A program made the position numbers and the translations under genes. A stretch of 63,902 nucleotides of DNA, counting the filler, from Octopus bimaculoides (lineage: Eukaryota), in the NCBI RefSeq assembly GCF_001194135.2. It is 6 parts of 6 records of this genome, joined end to end, with 100 filler letters (N's around TTAATTAATTAA, not from the genome) between each part and the next. Parts side by side here need not be neighbours in the genome. Positions count along the whole stretch, not along the records: positions 30,964 to 60,426 come from NC_068997.1; 5 more parts are not named here. The stretch is one strand, 5' to 3'. The notes beneath the pieces are model-generated. The model was not told the origin of the DNA. It saw nothing but the letters and a program-made list of their open reading frames with translations, and made no database searches. Of the stretch, positions 40,199 to 53,733 are shown one piece after another. The first letter of the stretch is position 1. Each line of letters starts with the position of its first letter.

Positions 40199-40556
40199 TT
40201 CATATCCCTACAACAAATGAGACTGTTAGAAAAGAAAAAAATTCTAACATCGGGCTACAGCAAGTAACCTTAGATGCCAAGAACCCTGTTAAGTATCCTA
40301 GCTGTCCCTAATAACACTATTTTCTGGAGCTGTACTAAACTGGGTTTTATGCCTATTTCTTCTATCCATCTGTTCAAATCTTTAGGGATAGTTCCCAATC
40401 CACCTATAACGACTGGGATACATTTTACCCGAACTTTCCATAGTCTCTGTAATTCAATTCGTGGTACTTGGCTATTTTTTCTATACCTCTCATATTGATT
40501 TTTATCATCATTTGAGACTGTAAAGTCAATTATCTTGCATTTTCTATTCTCTTTAT

Positions 40557-40626
<70 letters not shown>

Positions 40627-41690
40627 CAATACCACCAGATCAGGCCTTTTAGCTTCTATTTCGCCATTAGTCTGAACGTTGAAGTCCCACAACATCTTGT
40701 ATTCCTTACTTCCTAGTACTTTACTAGGTTCATGTTCATACCATTTGCCAGTATGTTCAAATCCTAGCTTCCTACATAACTCTCAGTAAATTATTCTCCT
40801 TAGGTTGTCATGTCTTTTCTCGTATTCTTGTTTTCACTTACTATATGAGTAACAATTTCCTCTTTTGATTTGCATAACCTACATTGGGAGTCTACTTGGT
40901 TTTTGTCTATCTTGGTTTTTATCCGATTAGTCCTTAATGCTTGATCCTATGCTGTTACTAACAAATTCCCTGTCTCCCTTTTCTGCTTTTCTTTCTACAA
41001 CTACAGTCGTGTCTCACTCCTAGTATTTGCTGCAACTATCATTGAGAATCTATCATGCAACGCTTCCTCCTGCTAGTCAGACAATTTCTGTTCTTTTTTT
41101 CTGGTTTTTAAGTTCGTTTGGGTTTTTTGGTTTCCCCATGTCATTTTGTGACTCTAGTAGCTTTTAGTAAACTTTCTTCAATATTACTTACGTAGGGGCC
41201 TATATCAACTCTAGCTAACGCCACACAGCCTTGTACTGATATTAAGCATCTTCCACCTTCCTTTCTAATCCTGCCCTTGTGTGGAATCCTCCATTCATAT
41301 TGAATTCCTTCCTAGTTCTGTCTAGTTTTGCTAGTTCAGTCTTTGTCCAATCTATAAAAGCTGCTGAGTATCTAAGTAATGATACTTCCCAAGTATTCAC
41401 AGCCTTCACTAGATTCGAACCATTTAGCTTTGATTTCATTAGCTTCCTTAACCTTCTGATTTACTCCTTCTCAATTTTTGCTTTCATTTCTATAGTTATT
41501 ACTTTGTCAGATTCTAATACTCCTAGATACTTATAATTCTCTGCTCCTTTAATGTCTGGTCATTTGGTAATTGGATTTCTTCGCTGTTGACTACTTGTCC
41601 CCTTTTCATGACTAATATTGCCCATTTATCTATGCCAAATTCCATGCCTATATCTTTGCTGAAGAGTCTTACAGTCTGTATTAAGGAATC
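40150..41690 (-). mobile_element. 5'-truncated R4/Dong-like LINE (RT C-terminus, RLE endonuclease, (TAA)n tail)
   Basis: SLIQTVRLFSKDIGMEFGIDK, KSKLNGSNLVKAVNTWEVSLLRYS, LWDFNVQT..RPDLVV..IPVVIGGLG..LQKIVLLGTARILNRVLGI*. Confidence 0.88.
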
Positions 41691-42375
41691 ACAGGTTCTG
41701 TTGAAGCTCCTGGAGTCTTGCATGCGTAGCGGGCTTACTATCTGCAGCATACGGTACCATGCTACTCGTTCTTTTCAGTTTTCAATTACTTTCTTTATTA
41801 TTCTGGCCATACCAAGGAGGCAAACCATTTGTAACAATTCTACTGGGCACTCTATTCCAGTTTCCTTTATATTGCTCTTGATTACTTCTTATACTCTTCC
41901 CAAGAAACCAACAATAATTGGCACTATCTTCACCTTCTTGATTTTCCATAGCCAGTCTATTTCGTACTTAAGAGGGTTGTATCTATCTACCTTTTCGCCT
42001 TCCTTCTTGACTATTCGTGCAACTATACAGCATATGTGGTACACCTTGTCCACCACCACTAGGTCAGGTCTGTTATGCTCTAGCACCTGATCTGTTTGGA
42101 TTGGGAAATCCCAGATGATTTTGCTAGTCTCCGGCTCCGCAACTCTCTGCGGTTTGTGCGCATACCACGTCATTCCCCCCTCTAGTCCCCAGTTTTCGCA
42201 CAGTTTTTAATTGAGTACTTTCGCTACCTGGTCGTGTCGCCACACATGGTAAGGGTTTTGGACAAGTCTAGAGCACTTTTTCGTGATACGGGCAATGGTT
42301 TCATCCACTCTATTGCAGATGCGCCACAACGGAGACACTTGCTCATTCCTAGGGTTGAACCTTCAGTTCGTGTAT
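41690..42375 (-). mobile_element. Second R4/Dong-like LINE 3' fragment (CCHC finger remnant, RLE, 3' UTR)
   Basis: SKCLRCG, RHDQVAKVL, IIWDFPIQTDQVLEHNRPDLVVVDK, VPIIVGFLG. Confidence 0.85.
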
Positions 42376-42394
42376 CATTATTATTATTGTTATT

Positions 42395-42900
42395 GAATGA
42401 GAGCGCAGCGCGTGCCATCAAAGTGACACTGGGGTAAAATATACGAAGCCAAATATGCTCATCATGACTACCCGTCTGATAAGGGTACACCAGGCACATG
42501 CATCACAACCATATGTGCGTGACATGGTGATCTCTTATCAAGATAAACAGCGCAGATGGGGCCCACTTACAATTTTCTTCAGGTCTAATAGCCCATCTTA
42601 CGCAAGAGGTCCCTGAATAAGGTTTATTTTAAGGATGATGAACAAAACATCCATGTTTCCAGAGTGAATTATCCAAACACCAAAGACTTCCTCTCACCAT
42701 ATGGCTATGATACACCCCTACTGCTTCTGCTCATGATTAGTCATGCACATGTCGTCAGCCACTAAGGGACATGCTCAACTGGTTAAGGTCAAACAACTGA
42801 CAAGCAAATATTGAGCAGAATATTTGCTGTAGCATATCTTTAATACCAAGACAAAACAATGTACATGATAACACTTCCAATCAGTTAAAATCAGAAGCCA
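42395..42900 (-). mobile_element. (TAA)n-tailed interspersed repeat, copy 2
   Basis: Paralog of 38815-39316. Confidence 0.65.
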
Positions 42901-44689
42901 TGAGAGCCACTGCCTGGTACTGCATCATCAACATCATAATCCTCCTCCTCATCATCATCATTGTCATCATCATCATAATCATCATACTTGAAGACGTTAT
43001 GTGTAGTAGGGTAGTATGTAATTGCGTTCAGAACAGCGACCGTGGTGCACTGAACGGATGTGCAGAGTCATTCACGATTTAGAAGGCGCTAAGGTTTTGA
43101 GGTTATCAAATATGTTTGCATTGTCTTTGAATTGGTTGTGTGTGAGAAGAAAATGAAATAGGTGTGAATGTATTTGTGTGTGTGTGTGTGTATGTGTGTA
43201 TGCTGTGTGTGTGTGTACGAGTGTATGTATGTTTGTGTGTGTGTGTGTGAATTTGTGATGAAAACATGGAATTTGGAATTTACTTACAAGTTCTGATTAA
43301 CAAACATACTGGCCACGTGTTTCGAAAGGAAAGTTTAATGGATAATTCTCAGATTTTAGCAGAAATAACAGTTTTTCCACCATCCCCACTGTCTCTCTTC
43401 AGTTGCAATACAACTGTATTCATCTGTGTAATTATACAGACTTTAAGAAACAAAGCTATCAAAACTAATTCATAACATCTATTATTTATTTTCTTCTAGA
43501 AATAATTATTTCTAAGAAAATATAAACAAACCAATTTGCATAATTCTGAAATTTCCGGATTCAAAAGAAACATTTCGAAATATTTGAAATATTTGAGAAA
43601 GGAAAGCGAAACTGCCATTTTTACATCTGCAGCCCCTTAACACTACGAGAATTGCCAACCAGTTTTACATATCATAGTTATGATTTATTCTAAGCTAAGT
43701 GAAGTCTTCTTAAAAGCCTAGTAATTTGCTAGAAAATCTGTGAGTAAGGAATAAACGAAATTAGGTCTTCCTGAAAACTTAATTTGAAGCTGCAAAGGAG
43801 GTCTTGAAATAGTGGTAACGGAATGTAATAAAATGACTTAGCTCTTGCAGAATCTTCAGAAAGCGATACAATTCGAAATAGTGGCAGAAGAATGTGATAA
43901 ACCAAATTAGGTCTTCTTAAAAATCCAGGCATTTCTACGAATATCCCAAAACGTTAGTAGCTGAAATAAACCATTTTAGGTCCCTTTAGAACCGATAACA
44001 CTAATCTCGTGCTATAATCTGATCAATGGCCGAAACTAACACTTCCACGAGATTGCTATATAGTGTCTTATTTAATTTTCGCGAGATGATGTGGACCAAA
44101 ATATCTAATCAGTAATGAAATATAGCAATCTTCCGAGATGTATACTTCTCACTGCTATCATTTATTCTCTCTTCTTTGATGTCTCCCGCTCTCTCTCCAA
44201 ACACTTTCCTTCTCAGCATCTATGTTTCTGTCATTATCTTCCTTTCTTTGCATGCGCATTCTCTCATGCAAAGTTTTCCTCTCAAGCAACGAGAGGGAAC
44301 TTCTTTGTGGTCTGTCGACTTTCTAGAAATGAGTGTTAGGTCGCCTTCAAATTCCATCGTAAAGTCTTTAAAGAAAGGAAAGGGATATTTTGCAATGCAG
44401 TGGTTGTTACACAACAAACAGACGGCCGCAGGTGAAACGTCTTTAAGCTTTGTTCTGATTTGTTACAGTTGACTTGTAGCAATATTAGAACAACAACTAA
44501 AACAATAGCATATATTCCTCTTTATCCCTATATTTATCTGTCGCACACATACTTTTTCTCTTTCATTCTATTTTTTCTTCTTTTTTTTTGCTGGATTCAG
44601 GGAGAAGGACTTATTCAATCTGATTATTTTTATGCCATTCTTCCTGTCACTTGCTCTCTTTCTGCATTTCTCTGTCTCTTGTCTGTCTG

Positions 44690-44785
<96 letters not shown>

Positions 44786-44917
44786 CCTTTCCATGACTGT
44801 CATGACCACATGGTCTCTCATTTTACTCTTCTTTGTCTTTCATATTTCTTTCTCAGTGCTTTGCATATTTGTATCTGAACGGTTCCCCCTCTTCCACCTG
44901 CTGACTTACTATCTCCG

Positions 44918-44967
<50 letters not shown>

Positions 44968-45606
44968 ATTAAATGTGCACCTATAAATCAAGACCAGCAA
45001 CTATCGAGTGGTTACCAACAGAATATATAAGTGTAAAAATCGATCCTATGTGTTTGCATGAGCTTCAGAAACAACAGCTAAGTCTCTTTCAAATCAGTGC
45101 AAACCTTCTTATAAAGGGTCATATAAATTAGACACACTCTATGTTAAAAGAAGTCAAGAAAGTTACTGATAGAATATATTTGCTGCATCATAGCTTACCT
45201 GTGGTAAGACAGCAAAAACAACATAGTCTGCCGAGATAATAGAATACATTATGCCCAAAGAGTAACATTGTGCATCAATATGCCTCACCACTGTATCTCT
45301 TGGATCTATTAGTGTTTGAAACTAGGTTGTTACATGATATATCTGCAATAAAGCTGTCTGTCTGTCACGGTTAGTTGTCCAGTCGATTATATGCATGACA
45401 AAGATTATANNNNNNNNNNNNNNNNNNNNNNNNNNNNNNNNNNNNNNNNNNNNNNNNNNNNNNNNNNNNNNNNNNNNNNNNNNNNNNNNNNNNNNNNNNN
45501 NNNNNNNNNNNNNNNNNNNNNNNNNNNNNNNNNNNNNNNNNNNNNNNNNNNNNNNNNNNNNNNNNNNNNNNNNNNNNNNNNNNNNNNATATATATATATA
45601 TATATA

Positions 45607-46435
45607 CGAGGTATGATCAACAAGTATCCTGACTGTTGCCATAATAACAAAGCTAAAGTACGCAGAGTAGAGCCGCTTGGTAGAAATTGACCTTTCAACT
45701 CTGCCGTGCACGTGCACTAAGTTTTGACGTTATAGCTTACTTCCACTGTTTACAGCAATGCTTGGAAGGAACGTGTGTAGCGTGTAATCGACGCATTAAC
45801 CATGACAGAGAAAGTTGAGTAAGAAACTACACCAAATTTTGCCAAAAGTTTGTGATACCTGCTCAGAGCCCTACGCAACGTTTTAAAAAAGTTTTTAGCG
45901 TTTTCGATGCAATCAAGATCTTGTGCAGCTGAAACTCGAGTATCTTTTTGATCAGTTAAAAGCAGTTTTGGCAGAAACTTGGCAGACACGCGTCTGATAC
46001 CGGAATCTACAGTGATAAGGGACTGAACTGAAACGTAACTAAGGTGCACATACTCTGATAACATACGGATGGTGATTCGAGGATTTCCCCTCACAACTGC
46101 ACGTACATCTGCGATGTTTTTCTCAGTTCTACTGGTTGTGGGTCTCCCAGAACGTTCGTCAATATCGACATTTTTTCGGCCATCTTGGGAACGTTTGAAC
46201 TACTCATACACTTCTGTGCGGCACATACACTCCTCTCCATGCACTTTCTGCAACCTTGCGTATGCCTCTGAGCAGATATCACCATGAGAACTTTCTCTGT
46301 AATGGTCAATGCGACGATCATACGCTACACACCTTCCTTCGAAGCAGTGCTGTAAACTGCGGAAGTGAGTTAGAACGTTAAACTTAGGTAAATCTTTGCC
46401 TAGCGACTTTACTTTGCGTGTTTTAAATTTGTTCC
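45607..46435. mobile_element. Two converging 5' halves of a mariner-family element
   Basis: Plus: TA|CGAGGTATGATCAA TIR then decayed MTEKVE..TKFCQK; minus: RITIRMLSEYVHLSYVSVQSLI..IRRVSAKFLPKLL. Confidence 0.75.
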
Positions 46436-47000
46436 TATGTGTTCGTTCCGTGGTCTGTAGTTCATTGTTCTAACGTCCTGTACCCTGATATGCATCTATA
46501 TACACATGTAGATGTAAGTATGAACGTATATGTGTGTATACTTGCATATATATTCTTTGTATTATTATATATATATATATATACATACATACCTGAAATG
46601 GATAGAAATATCTACAATATACAGATTAAAATATGTTTTACTTAGTTTTACTTCTAAATTAAATATCCTAAAAATAGTAAAACTATATGCTCTAGGCTTT
46701 CATCTATGGGATGTATAATTTTATTAAGTCAGCGCTTTGTAAATATATAATAAATAAACAAATAATTGCTCAACAGAAAGGAATTATTCTTAGAGAAAAA
46801 TTTAACTGAAACTCTATATGTGTATATTCTGCTTTCGTCTATGCCATAAAAGTACACAATAAATATATAACGTTACTGAAAAATAATCACAATGATACTT
46901 TTGTATTGTACTTTCTGACCAGGGTTTGACCATACATACAACATAGTATTACAAAAACCGTTACAAAAAAATGTGCTGAGATATACGTGTAGTAGACAGG

Positions 47001-47037
<37 letters not shown>

Positions 47038-47389
47038 CNNNNNNNNNNGTATGTATGTATGTATGTATGTATGTGTGTGTGTTTGTGTGTGTCTGTGTGT
47101 CTGTGTGTCTGCGTCTGTGTATAGTTCAAATTTACAGAAAGCAAAAGACGAAGACAGGTGAAGGAATTAAAATTTCCACATGTTGGGACGCACTGAAGGA
47201 TCCTCGTAAGTTTACCGTTTTGCGACACACAATATTTAATCCGATCTTTACAGAGTATAGCAGCTCATAAAGTTTAAATCATTGACCTTTACTCTCCGAG
47301 AAAAGCTCTTTGCATTCATAATTTACATTATTTTCAGTCGTCCGTTTGTCCCGCTGTTTATCGTTTTCTGTGTCGTCGGCCGTATGTGG

Positions 47390-47597
47390 GCTTGCGTTGT
47401 CGTGCAACAGTAACACTTGCTTTGACAATAGATCTCGGCATTTACTGCGAGTTCCTGGTGACTGTGGTCCCTTTTCCTGGTAACTTTCCAGTGTAGACTC
47501 TTTTGCGTCCCAAAATACGGTGAACTCCACTTTTTCTGCAGAAGGTTTAATTTTGAATTTCTTTATTGTTGGCAATTCCAGGAGTTTCCATTCTATA
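47390..47597 (-). mobile_element. Mariner transposase catalytic-domain fragment
   Basis: PSAEKVEFTVFWD and VLLLHDNASPH motifs. Confidence 0.8.
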
Positions 47598-48349
47598 NNN
47601 NNNNNNNNNNNNNNNNNNNNNNNNNNNNNNNNNNNNNNNNNNNNNNNNNNNNNNNNNNNNNNNNNNNNNNNNNNNNNNNNNNNNNNNNNNNNNNNNNNNN
47701 NNNNNNNNNNNNNNNNNNNNNNNNNNNNNNNNNNNNNNNNNNNNNNNNNNNNNNNNNNNNNNNNNNNNNNNNNNNNNNNNNNNNNNNNNNNNNNNNNNNN
47801 NNNNNNNNNNNNNNNNNNNNNNNNNNNNNNNNNNNNNNNNNNNNNNNNNNNNNNNNNNNNNNNNNNNNNNNNNNNNNNNNNNNNNNNNNNNNNNNNNNNN
47901 NNNNNNNNNNNNNNNNNNNNNNNNNNNNNNNNNNNNNNNNNNNNNNNNNNNNNNNNNNNNNNNNNNNNNNNNNNNNNNNNNNNNNNNNNNNNNNNNNNNN
48001 NNNNNNNNNNNNNNNNNNNNNNNNNNNNNNNNNNNNNNNNNNNNNNNNNNNNNNNNNNNNNNNNNNNNNNNNNNNNNNNNNNNNNNNNNNNNNNNNNNNN
48101 NNNNNNNNNNNNNNNNNNNNNNNNNNNNNNNNNNNNNNNNNNNNNNNNNNNNNNNNNNNNNNNTATGTGTGTGTGTATGTGTGTGTGTGTGTGTGCAGTG
48201 TTGAATATCCTTTCAATATGTTTGGAATGTGACCAGTTGGGTATTGATGGGTGTGTATATTGTGATGAATGTAAAGAAAAAAGAATTAAGATTTTCCGTC
48301 TTTTTGGTTGGTGCGTGTGTGTGTATATCTATCTATCTATCTATCTATC

Positions 48350-48408
<59 letters not shown>

Positions 48409-49128
48409 ATGCATGTATGCATGTATGTATGTATGTATGTTTCTGTGTGTATACCCCCACCCACACACACACATACACTGAGAAGATCTTCTTGATGCTC
48501 AGCTAATACCGATTCGCAAGTGAGAATGAATCGTCATTTTCGTTGCCTTTATTGTGTGTAAAACTGGGCAGAACATCTTTGGGGTTGATAGTGATGTCGG
48601 TGGTTTATCACAAGTGGAGATGCCTTTCTTGCTTCTAATAGACTTTGCCATAGCTTCAAGTTGATTTTGAACTTGTCTTGTGTGATCTGATTGTATATTG
48701 GTTCGCATCAAAGTATCACATAGCTGCTCTGTTACCTCGTTCGACTAACAGTCTTCATTATTTCTCATTTAGCTCAATGACTAGGTTGTTATACATAGAT
48801 GATAAGCCTATCAGAAAATATATATTTCCAATTACCTATCATTAATTACGCTTAATTATTTTTACAGATAATTTAAATGATAATATAAATTATTTTTATT
48901 ATATATAAATTTGAGATAAAATGAAGCAAAATCTACTATTATTGGATTATAATAGATCAGCAACTTACAAATACGTATGTTTGTGAACGCGCGCACGTTT
49001 ATGTATGTATGAATATGTATATATACATACATAAACGAATATGCATATAGTTGCGATGATCGTTTTTCTATATCTCGTTCAATTATTTATACGTATAAAT
49101 AAATATGTATATACTCATACACGCGCGT

Positions 49129-49172
<44 letters not shown>

Positions 49173-49494
49173 GCTGTCAGTAAGATTGTATATTTCCCAT
49201 TTGTACATTCACAGCAAGCAAATGTTAAATGATATGAGCAGCGGTTGTATGTTGAACTTAAGACAAGTTATTCGTAGCAGAGACGTGTTTGCCAAGCAAA
49301 AATTCCCATACTCCATTCTATTCCCTTTTAGCTGTCATTTCTTAATTAGACCACACATCTGCGACTTGTTCACCAACACTGAGAGGAAGAATATTATGAT
49401 TAGAAGCGAATCCTATTTTATTTAACTCAGCTCTGCAGGAATACAAGCTTGAGATATCCGAAAATTCCTTTTACATCTTATAGTATGTATTACT

Positions 49495-49710
49495 ATTGCT
49501 TCTAAATCTTGGCACAAGGCCAGCAATTTCAGGGAGGAGTCAGTTGATTATATCGACCCCAATGCTTAATTAGTATTTATTTTATCGATGCTCGAAGGAT
49601 GAAAGGTAAAGTCGACCCTTGCTGTATCTGAACTCAGAACGTAAAGAGGGACGAAATACCGCTATGCATTTTGCCCGGTGTACTAAGCATTCTGACAGCT
49701 CGCCGCCTTT
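49495..49710 (-). mobile_element. SINE (same family); another copy at 50455-50675
   Basis: gaaggatgaaaggtaaagtcgacc...gaactcagaacgtaa...gacagctcgccgcc. Confidence 0.7.
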
Positions 49711-50365
49711 AACTTTTGCCATATATAAAACAAAATAGAAAACAGCGATGAGTATTTCTTAATGTCTGACATGAACTTTTACAACTTTTTGTTTTGTTTC
49801 TTCTCTTTCCCCTTCTTCTACTTCGTCTTCTTCCTCTCCGCCACCTCCTTCCTAACTTTTCCGCTATTGCTATTTAGAATAACACCTACGCAAATTTAAT
49901 AAACGAAACATTCAAATGAGATGTCTCATGAATTCAATCACTACTACCATCCACAAGGGGTCACTTTCAGGGCATTTGACCATTTAACATACTACTACTA
50001 TCATAGCACTCACGCATTCTTCTTCTTCTTCTACTTTTTTTTCTTCTTCTTCTTCTTCTTCCCTACCAAGAATTCACAACGACCTCGAACCCACAAGAGT
50101 AAACAAGAGAGACAGAGACAAGCAGAAACAAGGAAAAATGCTCCCTTGTATTTGAATACTATGCAAATATTCTTTTAAAAACTTTCCTTTTAATTTTTCC
50201 AAAATTCAATTGTTTTCCATACTTACAGTTGAAAAAGTCTCAATGACCAAAACCGGTACTGAAATGTTTTTTATAAAATTATTTTGGCATTTTCTGCCTT
50301 GACTATTTTTCCATATATATCAACTCGTGTGTTCCTCTTCAACCTTACACACACACACACACACA

Positions 50366-50416
<51 letters not shown>

Positions 50417-53400
50417 ACACACATATATATATGTGTGTGTGTGATTGATATAATATATTTTGGCTTCAAATTTTGGCACGAGGCCCGCAATTTCGATGAA
50501 GGGGCTAAGTAATTACATGGACCCGAGTGCTCGACTAGCATTTATTTTATCAACCCGGAAAGGATGAAAAGCAAAGTGCACCTCGATGGCATTTGAACCC
50601 AGAATGCAAAAACGGACGAAATGTCGTTAAACATTTTACCAGACGTGGTAACGATTCCGTTAGCTCGCCGCCTTATTAATGTATTAGTTACATTATATTA
50701 TAGTATTGACACATGTATGTCACAATAAATGCGTGATGTTGAAACACTGGAGTTACAGCAGATATGCATTGTTTCCATAGTCACCACAAATGACTGACGA
50801 ACATTTCAAAACACCAAGGACAGTATCTGTATATTTTAAGTTACCATTTGTATATGTGAAACCAATGATACAAGAACAATTTTAGACCTGCCTTTCTCAC
50901 TCGCAAAAATAAATAAATGGCTCTCTTAGATCTTCACTTCCACACAAACGTGGTAAATGGCTCACTTACATCTCCTTAAAAATTTGAAGGTCCCATCTAG
51001 TTTGGGACCGAACGAGTCTTTTCGAATCTAGAAATGTTGCAAGAAAAGGATTCCTGAGGCTTTTGCTTCCTCACCTCTTCTTCCATGAAACCTTTCTCTT
51101 CGATATTCATCGAGTATTTCCAATAAAGCCGGTGAGGTTCTTACATACATATGTAGTGACACCTATAGCAGACGACTGTTATATGTTCAATGTCCGGAGT
51201 TTTATCCACGCATGCGCAGGGACTAGTTCCGGAAGGAATACAGGAAGAGTCTCATGCGTATGCGTAGAGTTTGACACCCAGCTTTGGCGCCTTTTCTCAC
51301 TCTCTTCGTTCGCTGATCTCCGTCGAGCCTAGACGTCCCACAGAGTTCTCTCCAACATTCCAGCACTAGAGCTACACAAATAACCACGAACTTCATTGAC
51401 GGCGTCTCAGTAACCAAAGGCGACGAGCTACCGAACTCCCTTCACGCGTGAGCCGAATTCCACTGTAAATAAATATTGTTGTGTTGTTCAGAATCTGCGT
51501 TCCGTTGTTTCTTCAAGAAATTTAATGTACGGAAGCGGAGTACACCTAATGGTGTATAACCACTTTCCTACACATATATTATTTTGAATACACAAATGCG
51601 CAGATGCAACTACCTGCTGGGAAATTGGCTTCTTTTGCTTAAGGTATCTATCTTTAGCCCGACAAGTACCTAGCAAATTAACCCTCATTTGGATAATTAC
51701 TACTCCCGCGGTACTGCTAGTTCTGAAACATATTTAGTCTGGGTTTTAACTGCTCCATTCTCTAATTTATATATAGACATATATATATGCTTTTTTTCTT
51801 ATTGAAACTGCAAAAGCGACAGAAAAAAAAAATCTGTTACGCTGAGTTTCACGTTTCCGTTGGTCGGACAGTTGTGATCAGTCTTGAAACGTGAAACTCA
51901 GTGTAACAGTTTTTTTGTGATATTTTGCAGTCTTAATACAAAAGCATACTACTCCACCTTTAGTTTTCGAATATTATTTTTTTCCACCTTGTTTTGCATT
52001 TACGTGCTTACTCGTATATATACATATATATATATATATNNNNNNNNNNNNNNNNNNNNNNNNNNNNNNNNNNNNNNNNNNNNNNNNNNNNNNNNNNNNN
52101 NNNNNNNNNNNNNNNNNNNNNNNNNNNNNNNNNNNNNNNNNNNNNNNNNNNNNNNNNNNNNNNNNNNNNNNNNNNNNNNNNNNNNNNNNNNNNNNNNNNN
52201 NNNNNNNNNNNNNNNNNNNNNNNNNNNNNNNNNNNNNNNNNNNNNNNNNNNNNNNNNNNNNNNNNNNNNNNNNNNNNNNNNNNNNNNNNNNNNNNNNNNN
52301 NNNNNNNNNNNNNNNNNNNNNNNNNNNNNNNNNNNNNNNNNNNNNNNNNNNNNNNNNNNNNNNNNNNNNNNNNNNNNNNNNNNNNNNNNNNNNNNNNNNN
52401 NNNNNNNNNNNNNNNNNNNNNNNNNNNNNNNNNNNNNNNNNNNNNNNNNNNNNNNNNNNNNNNNNNNNNNNNNNNNNNNNNNNNNNNNNNNNNNNNNNNN
52501 NNNNNNNNNNNNNNNNNNNNNNNNNNNNNNNNNNNNNNNNNNNNNNNNNNNNNNNNNNNNNNNNNNNNNNNNNNNNNNNNNNNNNNNNNNNNNNNNNNNN
52601 NNNNNNNNNNNNNNNNNNNNNNNNNNNNNNNNNNNNNNNNNNNNNNNNNNNNNNNNNNNNNNNNNNNNNNNNNNNNNNNNNNNNNNNNNNNNNNNNNNNN
52701 NNNNNNNNNNNNNNNNNNNNNNNNNNNNNNNNNNNNNNNNNNNNNNNNNNNNNNNNNNNNNNNNNNNNNNNNNNNNNNNNNNNNNNNNNNNNNNNNNNNN
52801 NNNNNNNNNNNNNNNNNNNNNNNNNNNNNNNNNNNNNNNNNNNNNNNNNNNNNNNNNNNNNNNNNNNNNNNNNNNNNNNNNNNNNNNNNNNNNNNNNNNN
52901 NNNNNNNNNNNNNNNNNNNNNNNNNNNNNNNNNNNNNNNNNNNNNATATATATATACATATATATATATATATGTATGTATGTATGTATGTATATATGTA
53001 CATAGTTCGCAGATGAGATCAAAATATTCTTTGTCTGTACAGATACACGCACACACACACAAATGCACACACATACACATATATAGACATGTACACATAA
53101 ATTTATATATACATAGTTGCGCAATTACATACGATTTATAAAAATACACATACACAAGCACCATGTAAATATTATATTTAATATATTATAATATATGTAT
53201 GTCTGTGTAAATATATGTATATACAGATATGAAAACACACACGCACACGCACTCATGAACACACACAGATACATACACATAGACAACTGCATCACTAAAA
53301 TTTGGCTTTATTTACTTTCGGGTGACGAGATATAACAGTAAGATATACAACCGCAATCTTACAACACGAATTAACGCTTTGTTTAATATATTCAAGATTC

Positions 53401-53649
53401 CTCCATTTCCTTCTATTTCAATGATATAGACATTGTTGTCATAGCTGTAATTAATTTTAAATTATTTATTGAGAAAATTCAGTGAAAAATAGCGTGTTTT
53501 AAAAGCGCTGTGACGTGTATTGTGCAGGCCATGTGTATCGTTAATCAGCATGCATATATGTATGTGTAAGTGTATGTACGTGTATCTATTTATGCATGTA
53601 TATATGTATGCATAACTTACCTTACTCTTTCTCTCACACTCACTCTCTT

Positions 53650-53686
<37 letters not shown>

Positions 53687-53696
53687 NNNNNNNNNN

Positions 53697-53733
<37 letters not shown>

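Noticed and set aside
48499-48760. Minus-strand ORF with Canopy/saposin-like snippets (EVTEQLCDTL, CESVLAEHQ)
   Set aside because: The snippets are in different frames separated by stops; no coherent exon.
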